Source: Candidatus Nitrosotenuis uzonensis
Lineage (GTDB): Archaea > Thermoproteota > Nitrososphaeria > Nitrososphaerales > Nitrosopumilaceae
Assembly (NCBI RefSeq): GCF_000723185.1
Contig: NZ_CBTY010000008.1
Span: 202,677 to 234,676 of the forward strand
DNA length: 32,000 nucleotides
Direction: 5' to 3'
The translations under genes and the position numbers were made by a program. Shown one piece after another: positions 8,613 through 16,547 of the stretch (the stretch's first letter is position 1; every line of letters starts with the position of its first letter). The notes beneath the pieces were generated by a model. The model had not been told where the DNA came from and did no database searches. It saw nothing but the letters and a program-made list of their open reading frames with translations.

Positions 8613-9008
8613 ATGGTTAAGGAATTTGACTATAGGGGAATCCCACTGGATCAGCTACAGAACATGTCGCTTGAAAAGCTGTTCGAGATATTTCCCGCAA
8701 GAGCAAGACGCTCCCTGACACGTGGAATTACGGATGGTAAAAGAAAATTAATTGAGGAAATAAAGCTTGACAAAGCCGGCAAATCAAAAAACCCAATTAA
8801 AACACACATACGTGATCTTGTAATTTTGCCCTACATGGTAGGAGTAACAGTTAACGTCTTTTCAGGAAAAGAGTTTGTTCCAGTGACAATAACACCGCCA
8901 ATGATCGGTCATTTTCTTGGCGAGTATGTCAGAACTAACAAACGAGTGCAACATGGTGCGCCAGGCGTAGGGGCATCACGATCTAGTCTATACGTCCCGT
9001 TGAAGTGA
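8613..9008 (+). CDS. rps19: 30S ribosomal protein uS19
   Basis: GKEFVPVTITPPMIGHFLGEYVRTNKRVQHGAPGVGASRSS. GGTG Shine-Dalgarno-like element 8 nt upstream. Confidence 0.95.
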   Translation: MVKEFDYRGIPLDQLQNMSLEKLFEIFPARARRSLTRGITDGKRKLIEEIKLDKAGKSKNPIKTHIRDLVILPYMVGVTVNVFSGKEFVPVTITPPMIGHFLGEYVRTNKRVQHGAPGVGASRSSLYVPLK

Positions 9009-9013
9009 GAAAT

Positions 9014-9472
9014 ATGCCGCATTTTGGTTACGCCTTTCAAAATTTTGACTCAACAAAGCACGTACGTGCTTCAGTTAGGGAAAAGGGAATTTCACACAAA
9101 CATGCGCGCGAGGTTGCAAAGATGATCAACGGTCTCTCGATAGAGAAAGCGCGCGATAATTTGCAGGAAGTAATTGCGCTCAAGCGTGCCGTTCCGTTTA
9201 GAAGATACAAGAACGAGGTTGGACACCGCTCCGACACTGGAGTGATGTCTGGCAGATACCCACAAAAGACAGCAACAGAATTTATCAAACTCCTTGACAA
9301 CCTTGAAGCTAACGCAGAGTACAAAGGAATGGACCTTGACAGACTAAAGATAATTTCTGCAGTGACACACAAGGGCGTAATAGTAAAAAGATTTACTCCG
9401 AGGGCACAGGGAAGAGCCACTCCGAAAAACAATGTACTCACACATATTGAGCTGGTAGCTCAGGAGATCTAA
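9014..9472 (+). CDS. rpl22: 50S ribosomal protein uL22
   Basis: [41 protein letters not shown] chose the ATG at 9014; the ORF track's GTG at 9005 would overlap the rps19 stop. Confidence 0.93.
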   Translation: MPHFGYAFQNFDSTKHVRASVREKGISHKHAREVAKMINGLSIEKARDNLQEVIALKRAVPFRRYKNEVGHRSDTGVMSGRYPQKTATEFIKLLDNLEANAEYKGMDLDRLKIISAVTHKGVIVKRFTPRAQGRATPKNNVLTHIELVAQEI

Positions 9473-9474
9473 TA

Positions 9475-10209
9475 ATGTCCTCAGTCAAAAATGTAATCAA
9501 AGACAATTACAACATGATGCTTCTCAGAGACTATCTGAGATCTGCAATCAAGGAAGCAGGATTCTCACACGTTGAAATCTCAAAGACACCGACGGGCACA
9601 AGAGTAGTGTTACACGTCACAAGACCTGGAATTGTAATTGGCAGAAAAGGAACAGGCATACGAGACTTGACAGAAAAACTTGAAAAAGATTTTGGACTCA
9701 AAAACCCACAGATAGCAGTAAACGAGATAGCGCAACCAGAACTTACAGCCAGCGTAATGTGCAACAGACTTGCATCATTAATTGAGCGCGGCACCGCATT
9801 TAGAAGAGCGACAATGTGGTCACTGCAGCAAATCATGAATGCAGGAGCAATGGGCGTTCAAATTACAGTATCTGGCAAGCTCAGAGGAGATCGTTCCTCA
9901 TTTGAAAAACACTCACTTGGAATTCTACCGCGCGCAGGACATCAAGCAAACATTATCGTAGATGAAGACATCACACACGTTCCAACCCCTATGGGATACA
10001 TAGGAATCAGAATCCGAATAGCAAAGAAGGACAAATACATCCCAGAATTTGAGTTAAAGGGTGCTAAAGAAGCAGAACGAGAAGCAAGAAGACTTGCAAG
10101 AGAGGAAGCAGAGCGCAAAGCTAGAACAGAGAGTGAAGAAGTAAAACTAATCGCAGAAAAAATAGAAAACCTTGATCTCTTAGATGACGTAGAGGAGAAA
10201 CTAAAGTAA
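9475..10209 (+). CDS. rps3: 30S ribosomal protein uS3 with a charged C-terminal tail
   Basis: KH-domain region [27 protein letters not shown]. Position after rpl22. Confidence 0.95.
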   Translation: MSSVKNVIKDNYNMMLLRDYLRSAIKEAGFSHVEISKTPTGTRVVLHVTRPGIVIGRKGTGIRDLTEKLEKDFGLKNPQIAVNEIAQPELTASVMCNRLASLIERGTAFRRATMWSLQQIMNAGAMGVQITVSGKLRGDRSSFEKHSLGILPRAGHQANIIVDEDITHVPTPMGYIGIRIRIAKKDKYIPEFELKGAKEAEREARRLAREEAERKARTESEEVKLIAEKIENLDLLDDVEEKLK

Positions 10210-10413
10210 ATGGCCCGACTAAAGATGAAATCAATCCGAGAGCTCAACGAGACAGACTTGAAGGACAGACTAATGCAATCAAAAATCGAATTATCAAAAC
10301 TAAGAATGGAAGCCGCAAAAGGAACCGTTAGAAAGGAAAGTGGAAAGATACGGGCTTTACGAAAAGAAGTAGCAAGGATGCTTACAAGGCAAAACGAGTT
10401 GAAAAAGAAATGA
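10210..10413 (+). CDS. rpl29: 50S ribosomal protein uL29
   Basis: IRELNETDLKDRLMQSKIELSKLRMEAAKG. Starts immediately after the rps3 stop. Confidence 0.93.
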   Translation: MARLKMKSIRELNETDLKDRLMQSKIELSKLRMEAAKGTVRKESGKIRALRKEVARMLTRQNELKKK

Positions 10414-10676
10414 TTACTGCACAGAACCTAGTAAACCATGAATTAATAGGACTTCAAACACAGATTGCGAACTCTACAAACAACTCGATAGTGGGCATGT
10501 CGGGGCAAATAATTGATGAGACAAAATCAATGCTTACATTGCAGACTCAAAGCGGAGTGAAAATGATTCAAAAACAGCACAACACGTGGAAATTTACACT
10601 AAATAGCCAAGACATAATAATTGATGGTAATCTAATCTCAAAAAGACCAGAGGACAGAATAAAGGTGAAAGCATGA
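10410..10676 (+). CDS. rnp1: Ribonuclease P protein component 1 (Rpp29/Pop4)
   Basis: ELIGLQTQIANSTNNSIVGMSGQIIDETKSMLTLQT matches the Rpp29 Sm-like barrel pattern. Conserved archaeal position between rpl29 and rps17, with ATGA overlaps on both sides. Confidence 0.85.
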   Translation: MITAQNLVNHELIGLQTQIANSTNNSIVGMSGQIIDETKSMLTLQTQSGVKMIQKQHNTWKFTLNSQDIIIDGNLISKRPEDRIKVKA

Positions 10677-10978
10677 CAAAAAACACAGAATCTAAAACGT
10701 ACAAAGGAATCGTTATGGATAACGGAGAGCCACTTAGCGTGCGTGGAAAGCTCTTTGAGGGCAAGGTAGTGAGCGCAAAGAACAAAAACACAGTCGTAAT
10801 CCAGCACGAAAGCCCTCTTTACATCAAGAAATCAAAACGATATGCAAGAAGCAAGAGCAAAATTCATGCCTACAAGTCAGCAAAGCTCGAGATAAAGGAG
10901 GGCACAACTGTGGTGGCAGCCGAGTGCAGGCCAATTGCAAAATCCGTCTCTTTTGTAGTGGTGGAGGTCAAGTCATAA
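10673..10978 (+). CDS. rps17: 30S ribosomal protein uS17
   Basis: GKVVSAKNKNTVVIQHESPLYIKKSKRYARSKSKIHAY. Confidence 0.93.
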   Translation: MTKNTESKTYKGIVMDNGEPLSVRGKLFEGKVVSAKNKNTVVIQHESPLYIKKSKRYARSKSKIHAYKSAKLEIKEGTTVVAAECRPIAKSVSFVVVEVKS

Positions 10979-10979
10979 A

Positions 10980-11417
10980 ATGTCTGCAGGAAAAAGTCGT
11001 GCAGTATCTGCAAAGGGCGTACAAGAGTTCAGACCATATGTTACAAGATCACTCCCGCTTGGAGCAAGAATCACGTGCGCAGATAACACCGGAGCAAAAA
11101 TACTGGAGATAATAATGGTAAAAAGAGCAAAGACAAGAACATCCAGATATCCGTCTGCAGCTGTGGGTGACTTTGTAAATGTGGTGGTAAAGAAAGGCCC
11201 TGCAGAGCTAAGAAAGCAGATCTTTGGCGCTGTAATAATCAGGCAAAAATATCCTATTAGAAGACTAAACGGAGTTCGAGTTACATTTGAAGACAACGCA
11301 GCTGTTCTTGTTACTCCGGAAGGCGAAATAAAAGGAACTGACATAAAAGGACCTGTAGCAGCAGAAGCATCTGAGAAATGGCCACGTGTTGCAAACTTGG
11401 CGTCAATGGTGGTATAA
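10980..11417 (+). CDS. rpl14: 50S ribosomal protein uL14
   Basis: LGARITCADNTGAKILEII...AAVLVTPEGEIKGT. Confidence 0.95.
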   Translation: MSAGKSRAVSAKGVQEFRPYVTRSLPLGARITCADNTGAKILEIIMVKRAKTRTSRYPSAAVGDFVNVVVKKGPAELRKQIFGAVIIRQKYPIRRLNGVRVTFEDNAAVLVTPEGEIKGTDIKGPVAAEASEKWPRVANLASMVV

Positions 11418-11418
11418 C

Positions 11419-11922
11419 ATGAAGCCTACACTGATCCGCAACCGTACAATCTACAAAGCGTCTTCGTTTATCCGAAGTAAGCAAATGTGCAGTCACCTAT
11501 CTGATGATCTGGCAAAAAAGTACAACAAGCGAAGTGTACGAGTAACGGAAGGCGATACGGTAAAGGTGATGAGGGGCGAGTACAAGGGCGTCTCTGGCAA
11601 AATATTGAGAGTATCTTCTGAGAAGAATGGTGTTGCAATAGAAGGCATCAAGAAGGAAAAACTCAAGGGCGGAAACTTGGACGTTTACATTCACACATCA
11701 AACTTGGTGGTAACTGATCTTAATACGGAAGACAAGTGGAGAGTAAACAAACTGGAAGGCAAGGCTCAACCAAAAGAATCCAAAACTTTAGAGAAAAAAG
11801 AATCAAAGCCGGAACCAAAACCAAAGACAGAGCAAAAAGCAGACTCAAAACCAGCTCAAAAAGAGGCCAAGAAAGATAAAGAATCAAAAGTAGCCAAGAC
11901 CGCAAAAAAGGAGGATAAGTAA
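11419..11922 (+). CDS. rpl24: 50S ribosomal protein uL24 with a Lys/Glu/Pro-rich C-terminal tail
   Basis: KOW motif VRVTEGDTVKVMRGEYKGVSGKILRV. The ATG at 11419 sits 1 nt after the rpl14 stop; the ORF-track start at 11386 would overlap rpl14. Confidence 0.93.
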   Translation: MKPTLIRNRTIYKASSFIRSKQMCSHLSDDLAKKYNKRSVRVTEGDTVKVMRGEYKGVSGKILRVSSEKNGVAIEGIKKEKLKGGNLDVYIHTSNLVVTDLNTEDKWRVNKLEGKAQPKESKTLEKKESKPEPKPKTEQKADSKPAQKEAKKDKESKVAKTAKKEDK

Positions 11923-12638
11923 TGCCAAGCATAGCAGGAAGTAAGAAACTAAAAAGACAGATGGCTCCGATGTTCTGGGGCATCTCAAGAAAACGTCCAC
12001 GATTTGTTACTACTGTGCGTCCAGGACCGCACGGAAAGAACGTGTCAATTCCTACCAAAGTCTTCCTAAGGGACATGCTAAAACTAGTGACAACCGCACG
12101 AGAAGCACATTATGCAATCTACAACGGTAAAGTGAAAATTGACGGGATTACAAGAAAATCAATACACCATGGTATAGGACTTATGGATGTCATAGAGCTG
12201 GATGGAGTGTCTGACGCGTACAGACTAGTTCCAGGAAATGGTCACATACTGCATCCAATTAAAATCAAAAACTCAGAAAAGAATGTAAAGCTGGTCAAGG
12301 TCACAACTAAATCCACCATAAAATCTGGAAAAACACAGCTTGGATTCCATGATGGCCGCTCGCTACTCTCCGATGTAAAGATAAACGTTGGTGATTCGTG
12401 CCTGATGCAGGTACCAGAACAAAAAATTAATGAAGTAATCAAACTAGAACAAGGCTCCAAAGTGATAGTAACGAAGGGAGTCAACGCAGGCCAAGTTGCA
12501 GAAGTAAAAGAAATCAAAGAGGGCACGTTCATACTACCAAAGCGTGTTCTGCTATCTTTTGGACAAAGAGAAATCGAAATCCCAGCAGAACTTGTTATGG
12601 CAGTTGGCAAAAAGGAACCCATCATTCAAATAGCGTGA
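11922..12638 (+). CDS. rps4e: 30S ribosomal protein eS4
   Basis: GSKKLKRQMAPMFWGISRKRPRFV N-terminus. TAATG overlap with rpl24. Confidence 0.95.
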   Translation: MPSIAGSKKLKRQMAPMFWGISRKRPRFVTTVRPGPHGKNVSIPTKVFLRDMLKLVTTAREAHYAIYNGKVKIDGITRKSIHHGIGLMDVIELDGVSDAYRLVPGNGHILHPIKIKNSEKNVKLVKVTTKSTIKSGKTQLGFHDGRSLLSDVKINVGDSCLMQVPEQKINEVIKLEQGSKVIVTKGVNAGQVAEVKEIKEGTFILPKRVLLSFGQREIEIPAELVMAVGKKEPIIQIA

Positions 12639-12642
12639 TATT

Positions 12643-13158
12643 ATGGCAGAAGAAAATACAATGAAAACAATTCGACTCGAAAAAGTTGTCCTGAATATGG
12701 GTGTTGGAAGATCCGGTGAGACAATAGAAGTTGCAAAAAAAGCACTTGATTCAATAACTAACAAAAAATCCTGCGCAAGAGACGCAAAGACAACACAGAG
12801 AGACTGGGGCGTAAGAAAGGGAGAGCCAATAGGCGTTGCAGTAACAGTACGCGACGAGGATGCAAAGCAGCTCCTAAAAAGACTGCTTGCAGCAGTAGGC
12901 AACAGACTGAAAGGAAGATCATTTGATAATTTTGGCAACGTTTCATTTGGAATTAAAGAGCACATCGACATTCCAGGAATAAAATACGATCCACAGATTG
13001 GTATCTTGGGGCTTGAGGCGGCAGTTACGCTAACTAGGCCTGGCTTTAGCATTAGAGTGAGGAGTAGACACAAGGCAAGTGTGGGTGCAAAGCACCGAAT
13101 TTCGCGTGAGGAAGCACAGCAGTTTTTAACTAGGGAGTTTGGGGTGGAAATCGTATAA
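12643..13158 (+). CDS. rpl5: 50S ribosomal protein uL5
   Basis: VVLNMGVGRSGE...FGIKEHIDIPGIKYDPQIGI. Confidence 0.95.
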   Translation: MAEENTMKTIRLEKVVLNMGVGRSGETIEVAKKALDSITNKKSCARDAKTTQRDWGVRKGEPIGVAVTVRDEDAKQLLKRLLAAVGNRLKGRSFDNFGNVSFGIKEHIDIPGIKYDPQIGILGLEAAVTLTRPGFSIRVRSRHKASVGAKHRISREEAQQFLTREFGVEIV

Positions 13159-13334
13159 TGAAAGACAGATCATACAAGTACACTGGAAGAAAAGAACACA
13201 AGTTCGGAAAGGGGTCAAGATGGTGCAAAAGATGCGGCGACTACACGGCTGTAATACAAAAATATCATCTTAATATCTGCAGACGATGTTTCAGAGAGGT
13301 AGCAAATTCACTCGGATTTGCAAAATATAGGTGA
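13158..13334 (+). CDS. rps14: 30S ribosomal protein uS14 (zinc-ribbon type, 58 aa)
   Basis: Not in the ORF track (<60 aa). My translation: MKDRSYKYTGRKEHKFGKGSRWCKRCGDYTAVIQKYHLNICRRCFREVANSLGFAKYR, with a CxxC...CxxC pattern. TAATG overlap with rpl5. Canonical position between rpl5 and rps8. Confidence 0.9.
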   Translation: MKDRSYKYTGRKEHKFGKGSRWCKRCGDYTAVIQKYHLNICRRCFREVANSLGFAKYR

Positions 13335-13338
13335 GAAC

Positions 13339-13731
13339 ATGCCGGCAACTAATGTTTTAGGTAATCTTTTCAATACCATTTACAACAACGAAGCAAGACG
13401 AAGAACAGAATGCATCATACTGCCTACCTCTAAACTTGCAATCGAAGTGCTCAAGACACTTCAAAAACACAACTATATTGGCGAATTTGAACACGTTGAA
13501 GACAAACGAGGCGGCAAGTTCAAGATTCAGCTTCTGGCGCATATTACAAAATGTGGTGCAATCACCCCAAGATTCAAGGTAAAAAAAGACGAGTTTAACG
13601 ACTGGGAGCAGCAATATCTGCCGTCATACAACAAAGGAATGCTTATTGTGACCACAAACCAAGGCGTGATGTCACACCATGAGGCTGCAAACAAAGGAAT
13701 TGGAGGTTTCCTGATAGGGTATGTCTACTAA
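13339..13731 (+). CDS. rps8: 30S ribosomal protein uS8
   Basis: NVLGNLFNTIYNNEARRRTECIILPTSKLAIEVLKTLQKHNYIGEFE. The ATG at 13339 avoids overlap with rps14. Confidence 0.93.
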   Translation: MPATNVLGNLFNTIYNNEARRRTECIILPTSKLAIEVLKTLQKHNYIGEFEHVEDKRGGKFKIQLLAHITKCGAITPRFKVKKDEFNDWEQQYLPSYNKGMLIVTTNQGVMSHHEAANKGIGGFLIGYVY

Positions 13732-14278
13732 ACAGGAAGAGATCTTCGAAGCTACATTTGAAGTACCGCAAAAGGTCAAGGTAACACTTGATAAGCATAT
13801 GCTCCATGTGGAAGGCCCTCTAGGAAAAACACACAAGAACTTTAAGAAAATACCAGTCGAGCTTGAAGTAAAAGACAACAAAGTACGAGTCAGAGCGATA
13901 AATTCGAGGAAAAAATACTTTGCAATTGCAAATACTGCATATTCTATAATCCGGACACTCTGCGATGGCGTTCTTAACGGATACACAATAAAAATGAAGA
14001 TTATTTATGCACACTTTCCAATCACGGTAAAGACAAAAGACGGACTTGTTCTGGTAGAGAACTTTCAGGGTGAGAGAGCTCCAAGAATAGCCAAGATTCG
14101 CGGCCAAACAAAGGTCGTATCAAAAGGCGATGAAGTAGTGCTTACAGGCCCTGTTCTTAACGATGTGACCCAGACAGCAGCTGACATACAGGCAAGGACC
14201 AAGGTCAGAAACAAAGACCACAGAGTCTTCCTTGATGGAATTTACCAATTCTACAAGGAAAAGGGAATAGAAAAATAA
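13721..14278 (+). CDS. rpl6: 50S ribosomal protein uL6
   Basis: VTLDKHMLHVEGPLGK...YAHFPITV...LVENFQGERAPR. Overlaps the rps8 3' end by 11 nt. Confidence 0.95.
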   Translation: MSTKQEEIFEATFEVPQKVKVTLDKHMLHVEGPLGKTHKNFKKIPVELEVKDNKVRVRAINSRKKYFAIANTAYSIIRTLCDGVLNGYTIKMKIIYAHFPITVKTKDGLVLVENFQGERAPRIAKIRGQTKVVSKGDEVVLTGPVLNDVTQTAADIQARTKVRNKDHRVFLDGIYQFYKEKGIEK

Positions 14279-14316
14279 TCTCTTAAGTTTTCAGATAATT
14301 TCACACCCCAATCATT

Positions 14317-14330
14317 GTTTTGCTCTTTTT
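14317..14330 (+). terminator. Oligo-T tract candidate terminator after rpl6
   Basis: gttttgctcttttt about 40 nt after the rpl6 stop. Archaeal terminators are typically T-runs. Confidence 0.3.
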
Positions 14331-14383
14331 GATCACACCTACCAGTAAGAATTAAATCGCTTGCGTCAAGGACAGAGTCTGTT

Positions 14384-14457
14384 GCCGCCCTAGCTCAGCG
14401 TGGTAGAGCGCCTGACTGTTAATCAGGGGGTCGTCAGTTCAAGTCTGACGGGCGGCG
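14384..14457 (+). tRNA. tRNA-Asn (anticodon GTT)
   Basis: Manual cloverleaf. Acceptor GCCGCCC/GGGCGGC, D arm GCTC-AGCGTGGTA-GAGC, anticodon arm CCTGA-CTGTTAA-TCAGG, T arm GTCAG-TTCAAGT-CTGAC. No intron and no encoded CCA. TATA-like AATTAAAT about 30 nt upstream. Confidence 0.93.
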
Positions 14458-14463
14458 CCTTAT

Positions 14464-14489
14464 CTTTCTAAATTCGAGTTCTGAAAGAT
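14464..14489. repeat. Degenerate copy of the TTTC-N-TTCGAA-N-GAAA palindromic repeat, followed by a T6 run
   Basis: CTTTCTAAATTCGAGTTCTGAAAGAT matches the reverse complement of the 25-nt core at about 22 of 26 positions. ATCTTTC/GAAAGAT form a 7-bp inverted repeat. TTTTTT at 14489-14494 is a likely tRNA terminator. Confidence 0.5.
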
Positions 14490-14542
14490 TTTTTATTGTA
14501 TTGGATGCCTGCTGTTCTGACTTTGGCGCATGATGTGAGACA

Positions 14543-14567
14543 ATATTTCAAAATTCGAATTTAGAAA
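14543..14567. repeat. Palindromic intergenic repeat, copy 1 (ATATTTCAAAATTCGAATTTAGAAA)
   Basis: Core shared exactly with copy 3 and with one substitution in copy 2. This copy extends to a 30-bp near-perfect palindrome, AATATTTCAAAATTCGAATTTAGAAATATT (14542-14571). Confidence 0.8.
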
Positions 14568-14658
14568 TATTGATCGTTGCAACCGTTTGTGTTGATTCTG
14601 TTAGACCACTGCGATCTAATATCTGATCGAATACTAGGAATAATGCAGGAGGTTTACA

Positions 14659-14907
14659 TTGGCCAGAACTAGAAGGGCCAACAGATATTGTGTTGATTGT
14701 GGCGGGAGACTAACTTATTATCCACACCTATCAAATCCAAAGGCCCCAAACGAACACAGGGTTCTAGTTTATGCATGTCCTGACTGTACCAAGGACTTTG
14801 AGAAGCCAAAACTATTTTCAATTAAAAGAAACCAGGTAGAAGACCCTCTTGAAACTGTAGAGATTGCCATAGTCCAGACAAGGGAAAAAGTTCCAAACGC
14901 CGCATAA
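14659..14907 (+). CDS. Small zinc-ribbon protein, hypothetical
   Basis: 82-aa ORF with CVDCGG...CPDC (two CxxC pairs). TTG start preceded by GGAGG at 14648-14652. Confidence 0.6.
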   Translation: MARTRRANRYCVDCGGRLTYYPHLSNPKAPNEHRVLVYACPDCTKDFEKPKLFSIKRNQVEDPLETVEIAIVQTREKVPNAA

Positions 14908-14939
14908 AAAGTCATAAGGAATTATAATCTAGATCATTC

Positions 14940-15311
14940 ATGGTAAAAAGCAAAGCCCGGTATGTAGATGGATTTGTGCTTCCAGTACCGAAGCGCAAAA
15001 TTGAGGCATACAGGCAACTTGCCAGAAAAGCTGGTAAAATATGGATTGAGCACGGCGCACTAGAGTTTAGAGAATGTGTAGGCGACAATCTTAATGTAAA
15101 AATGGCAATGCCGTTTCCTCAAAAAATCAAACCCAAGCCTGGCGAGACGATAATGTTCTCGTGGATTGCATTCAAGTCACGCGCCCACCGTGACAGCGTA
15201 AATGCCAAGGTCATCAATGATCCGCGTCTTGCAGAAATGGACACAAAATCAATGCCTTTTGACCCAAAACGTATGCTTTATGGTGGGTTCAAGATTCTTG
15301 TCTCACTCTGA
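14940..15311 (+). CDS. DUF1428 domain-containing protein
   Basis: YVDGFVLPVPKRKIEAYRQLARKAGKIWIEHGALEFRECVGDNL...MFSWIAFKSRAHRD matches the DUF1428 (PF07237) pattern as I remember it. Confidence 0.75.
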   Translation: MVKSKARYVDGFVLPVPKRKIEAYRQLARKAGKIWIEHGALEFRECVGDNLNVKMAMPFPQKIKPKPGETIMFSWIAFKSRAHRDSVNAKVINDPRLAEMDTKSMPFDPKRMLYGGFKILVSL

Positions 15312-15479
15312 TTTTAACAAAAAATCTCGTTTTTGACCATATTCTTGCAAAAAACACCCCACCCTTTTGGGGCAAAACTCGGTCAAGAAATTATGAATTT
15401 TGTGCGTGATGAACGAGCGAATGGTCTTCTATTTCCTTCATTCTCTGAATGTGAAAAAACCAGATTTCTGCCCAGAAAG

Positions 15480-15516
15480 TGCCATTTTTGCAGGGGGTTT
15501 AGCTTTTATTCGTGAG
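15480..15516. repeat. Left arm of a 37-nt inverted repeat in the non-coding island
   Basis: TGCCATTTTTGCAGGGGGTTTAGCTTTTATTCGTGAG. The reverse complement of 15577-15614 matches at about 30 of 34 core positions, including a 17-nt perfect block TTTTTGCAGGGGGTTTA. Confidence 0.75.
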
Positions 15517-15576
15517 AAAAAATGAAGGACGATGTTTTACTGGGTAATGGGGATGTTTTGAGGGTTGTCTGCAATA

Positions 15577-15614
15577 GATACGAACAAACGTTAAACCCCC
15601 TGCAAAAACAGGCA
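15577..15614. repeat. Right arm of the inverted repeat
   Basis: GATACGAACAAACGTTAAACCCCCTGCAAAAACAGGCA. Pairs with 15480-15516 and leaves a 60-nt spacer. Confidence 0.75.
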
Positions 15615-15657
15615 TTTTTGAAAAAATCATTCCATTCGTAAAGACTAGATCAATAAT

Positions 15658-15680
15658 GGGGGGTTTAGCTTTTACGAACA
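15658..15680. repeat. Third, direct partial copy of the repeat (GGGGGTTTAGCTTTTA core)
   Basis: The 16-nt sequence GGGGGTTTAGCTTTTA at 15659-15674 is identical to 15493-15508. Confidence 0.7.
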
Positions 15681-15803
15681 AATTCCAAAATCCCCAAATC
15701 AGGCATCTTTTTATGCAGTTTGCTGAAAAACTGTGCCTAGACCCAACATGCATTTTTTTGGCGCTGGAGCAAAAGACGTTTAATTCCGTTTCAAGAGAAA
15801 TTA

Positions 15804-16247
15804 ATGGTGCGCAGAGCCCCGAAAAAAGAATACGACCGCTTTAGAAGATATTTCGCATTTCCATGTGTTGATCTTGTCATATTTGATGGCCAATCGGTGC
15901 TTCTTACAAAAAGGACAAGAAATCCATACCGAGGCTATTGGCATCTTCCTGGAAGCATCATACACAGAGGAGAAAAAATTACAGACGTAGTAAGACGTTC
16001 TGCAAAGGAAGAGCTGGGATTAACTGTGAGAAAAATGCAATACATTGGCGTCTATGAAAGCATGGATAAATTCAGACATGACGTTGCTCACGGGTTTCTT
16101 ATCTCCGTTGGGTCAGGAAAAATCAGTCTTGACTCTCAGAGTAGTGAATTTAGGTTCTTTAAGAGACTGCCTTCAAAAATAATCCCACATCACCGCAAGG
16201 TAGTAAATGATGCCTGCAAGCTTGCTGTTTGTAGGCATAAAAAATAA
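15804..16247 (+). CDS. NUDIX hydrolase
   Basis: Nudix box GSIIHRGEKITDVVRRSAKEELGL (GX5EX7REUXEEXGU pattern). TATA-like TTTAATT about 20-26 nt upstream of the ATG. Confidence 0.85.
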   Translation: MVRRAPKKEYDRFRRYFAFPCVDLVIFDGQSVLLTKRTRNPYRGYWHLPGSIIHRGEKITDVVRRSAKEELGLTVRKMQYIGVYESMDKFRHDVAHGFLISVGSGKISLDSQSSEFRFFKRLPSKIIPHHRKVVNDACKLAVCRHKK

Positions 16248-16248
16248 A

Positions 16249-16273
16249 ATATTTCAAAATTCGAATTTGGAAA
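16249..16273. repeat. Palindromic intergenic repeat, copy 2 (ATATTTCAAAATTCGAATTTGGAAA)
   Basis: One substitution relative to copies 1 and 3. Lies between the convergent stops of the Nudix gene (16247) and the small peptide gene (16283). Confidence 0.8.
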
Positions 16274-16282
16274 CATTGTCAG

Positions 16283-16504
16283 TTATCTGACTTTGCTTTT
16301 TGCAATCTGCTGCTTTGTCTTCATGAATGCTTTCTCAGGACAAAGCTCATCGCCACACACCATGCCGGTCCATTTACTGAACTTGTGTTTTGGGGATTTG
16401 CTTGCAGGCTTTGCCTCTGCATCTTGTATTGGTGTTAATGTCATTACCAATACAGCTGATAGCAAGACAGTAATTGCCAGCAGACCTAGTAGTCTTTTGC
16501 TCAT
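16283..16504 (-). CDS. Small secreted Lys-rich peptide with a CGDELC Cys pair (73 aa precursor)
   Basis: MSKRLLGLLAITVLLSAVLVMTLTPIQDAEA looks like a signal peptide, followed by KPASKSPKHKFSKWTGMVCGDELCPEK.... The ATG at 16504 is favoured because TTAATTAATT sits 21-30 nt upstream. Paralogous to 16654-16893. Confidence 0.6.
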   Translation of the reverse strand: MSKRLLGLLAITVLLSAVLVMTLTPIQDAEAKPASKSPKHKFSKWTGMVCGDELCPEKAFMKTKQQIAKSKVR

Positions 16505-16547
16505 ATTGTGCCTATTGGCGCACAATTAATTAACTGATCTTTTCAGT

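Noticed and set aside
14530-14627. Possible C/D-box sRNA between the tRNA and the zinc-ribbon gene (ATGATGTGA ... CTGA).
   Set aside because: The boxes are about 90 nt apart, the C box is imperfect, and no internal D'/C' or terminal stem is present.
15165-15185. 8-nt match (TTCAAGTC) to the T-arm/3' part of tRNA-Asn inside the DUF1428 gene, considered as a possible att site marking an integrated element.
   Set aside because: The match does not extend beyond 8 nt and lies within a coding sequence. Too short to distinguish from chance.
15406-15448. Possible C/D-box sRNA (GTGATGA at 15406-15412 and CTGA at 15445-15448).
   Set aside because: No C'/D' boxes and no terminal complementary stem. 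The 32-nt spacing is atypical. Box-like hexamers are expected by chance in AT-rich DNA.
15333-15753. ORFs 15333-15515 (plus strand) and 15499-15753 (minus strand) as protein-coding genes.
   Set aside because: Both translations are dominated by repeat-derived sequence, with Phe/Cys/Pro-rich implausible composition and no motifs. I treat the region as non-coding and repeat-structured instead.
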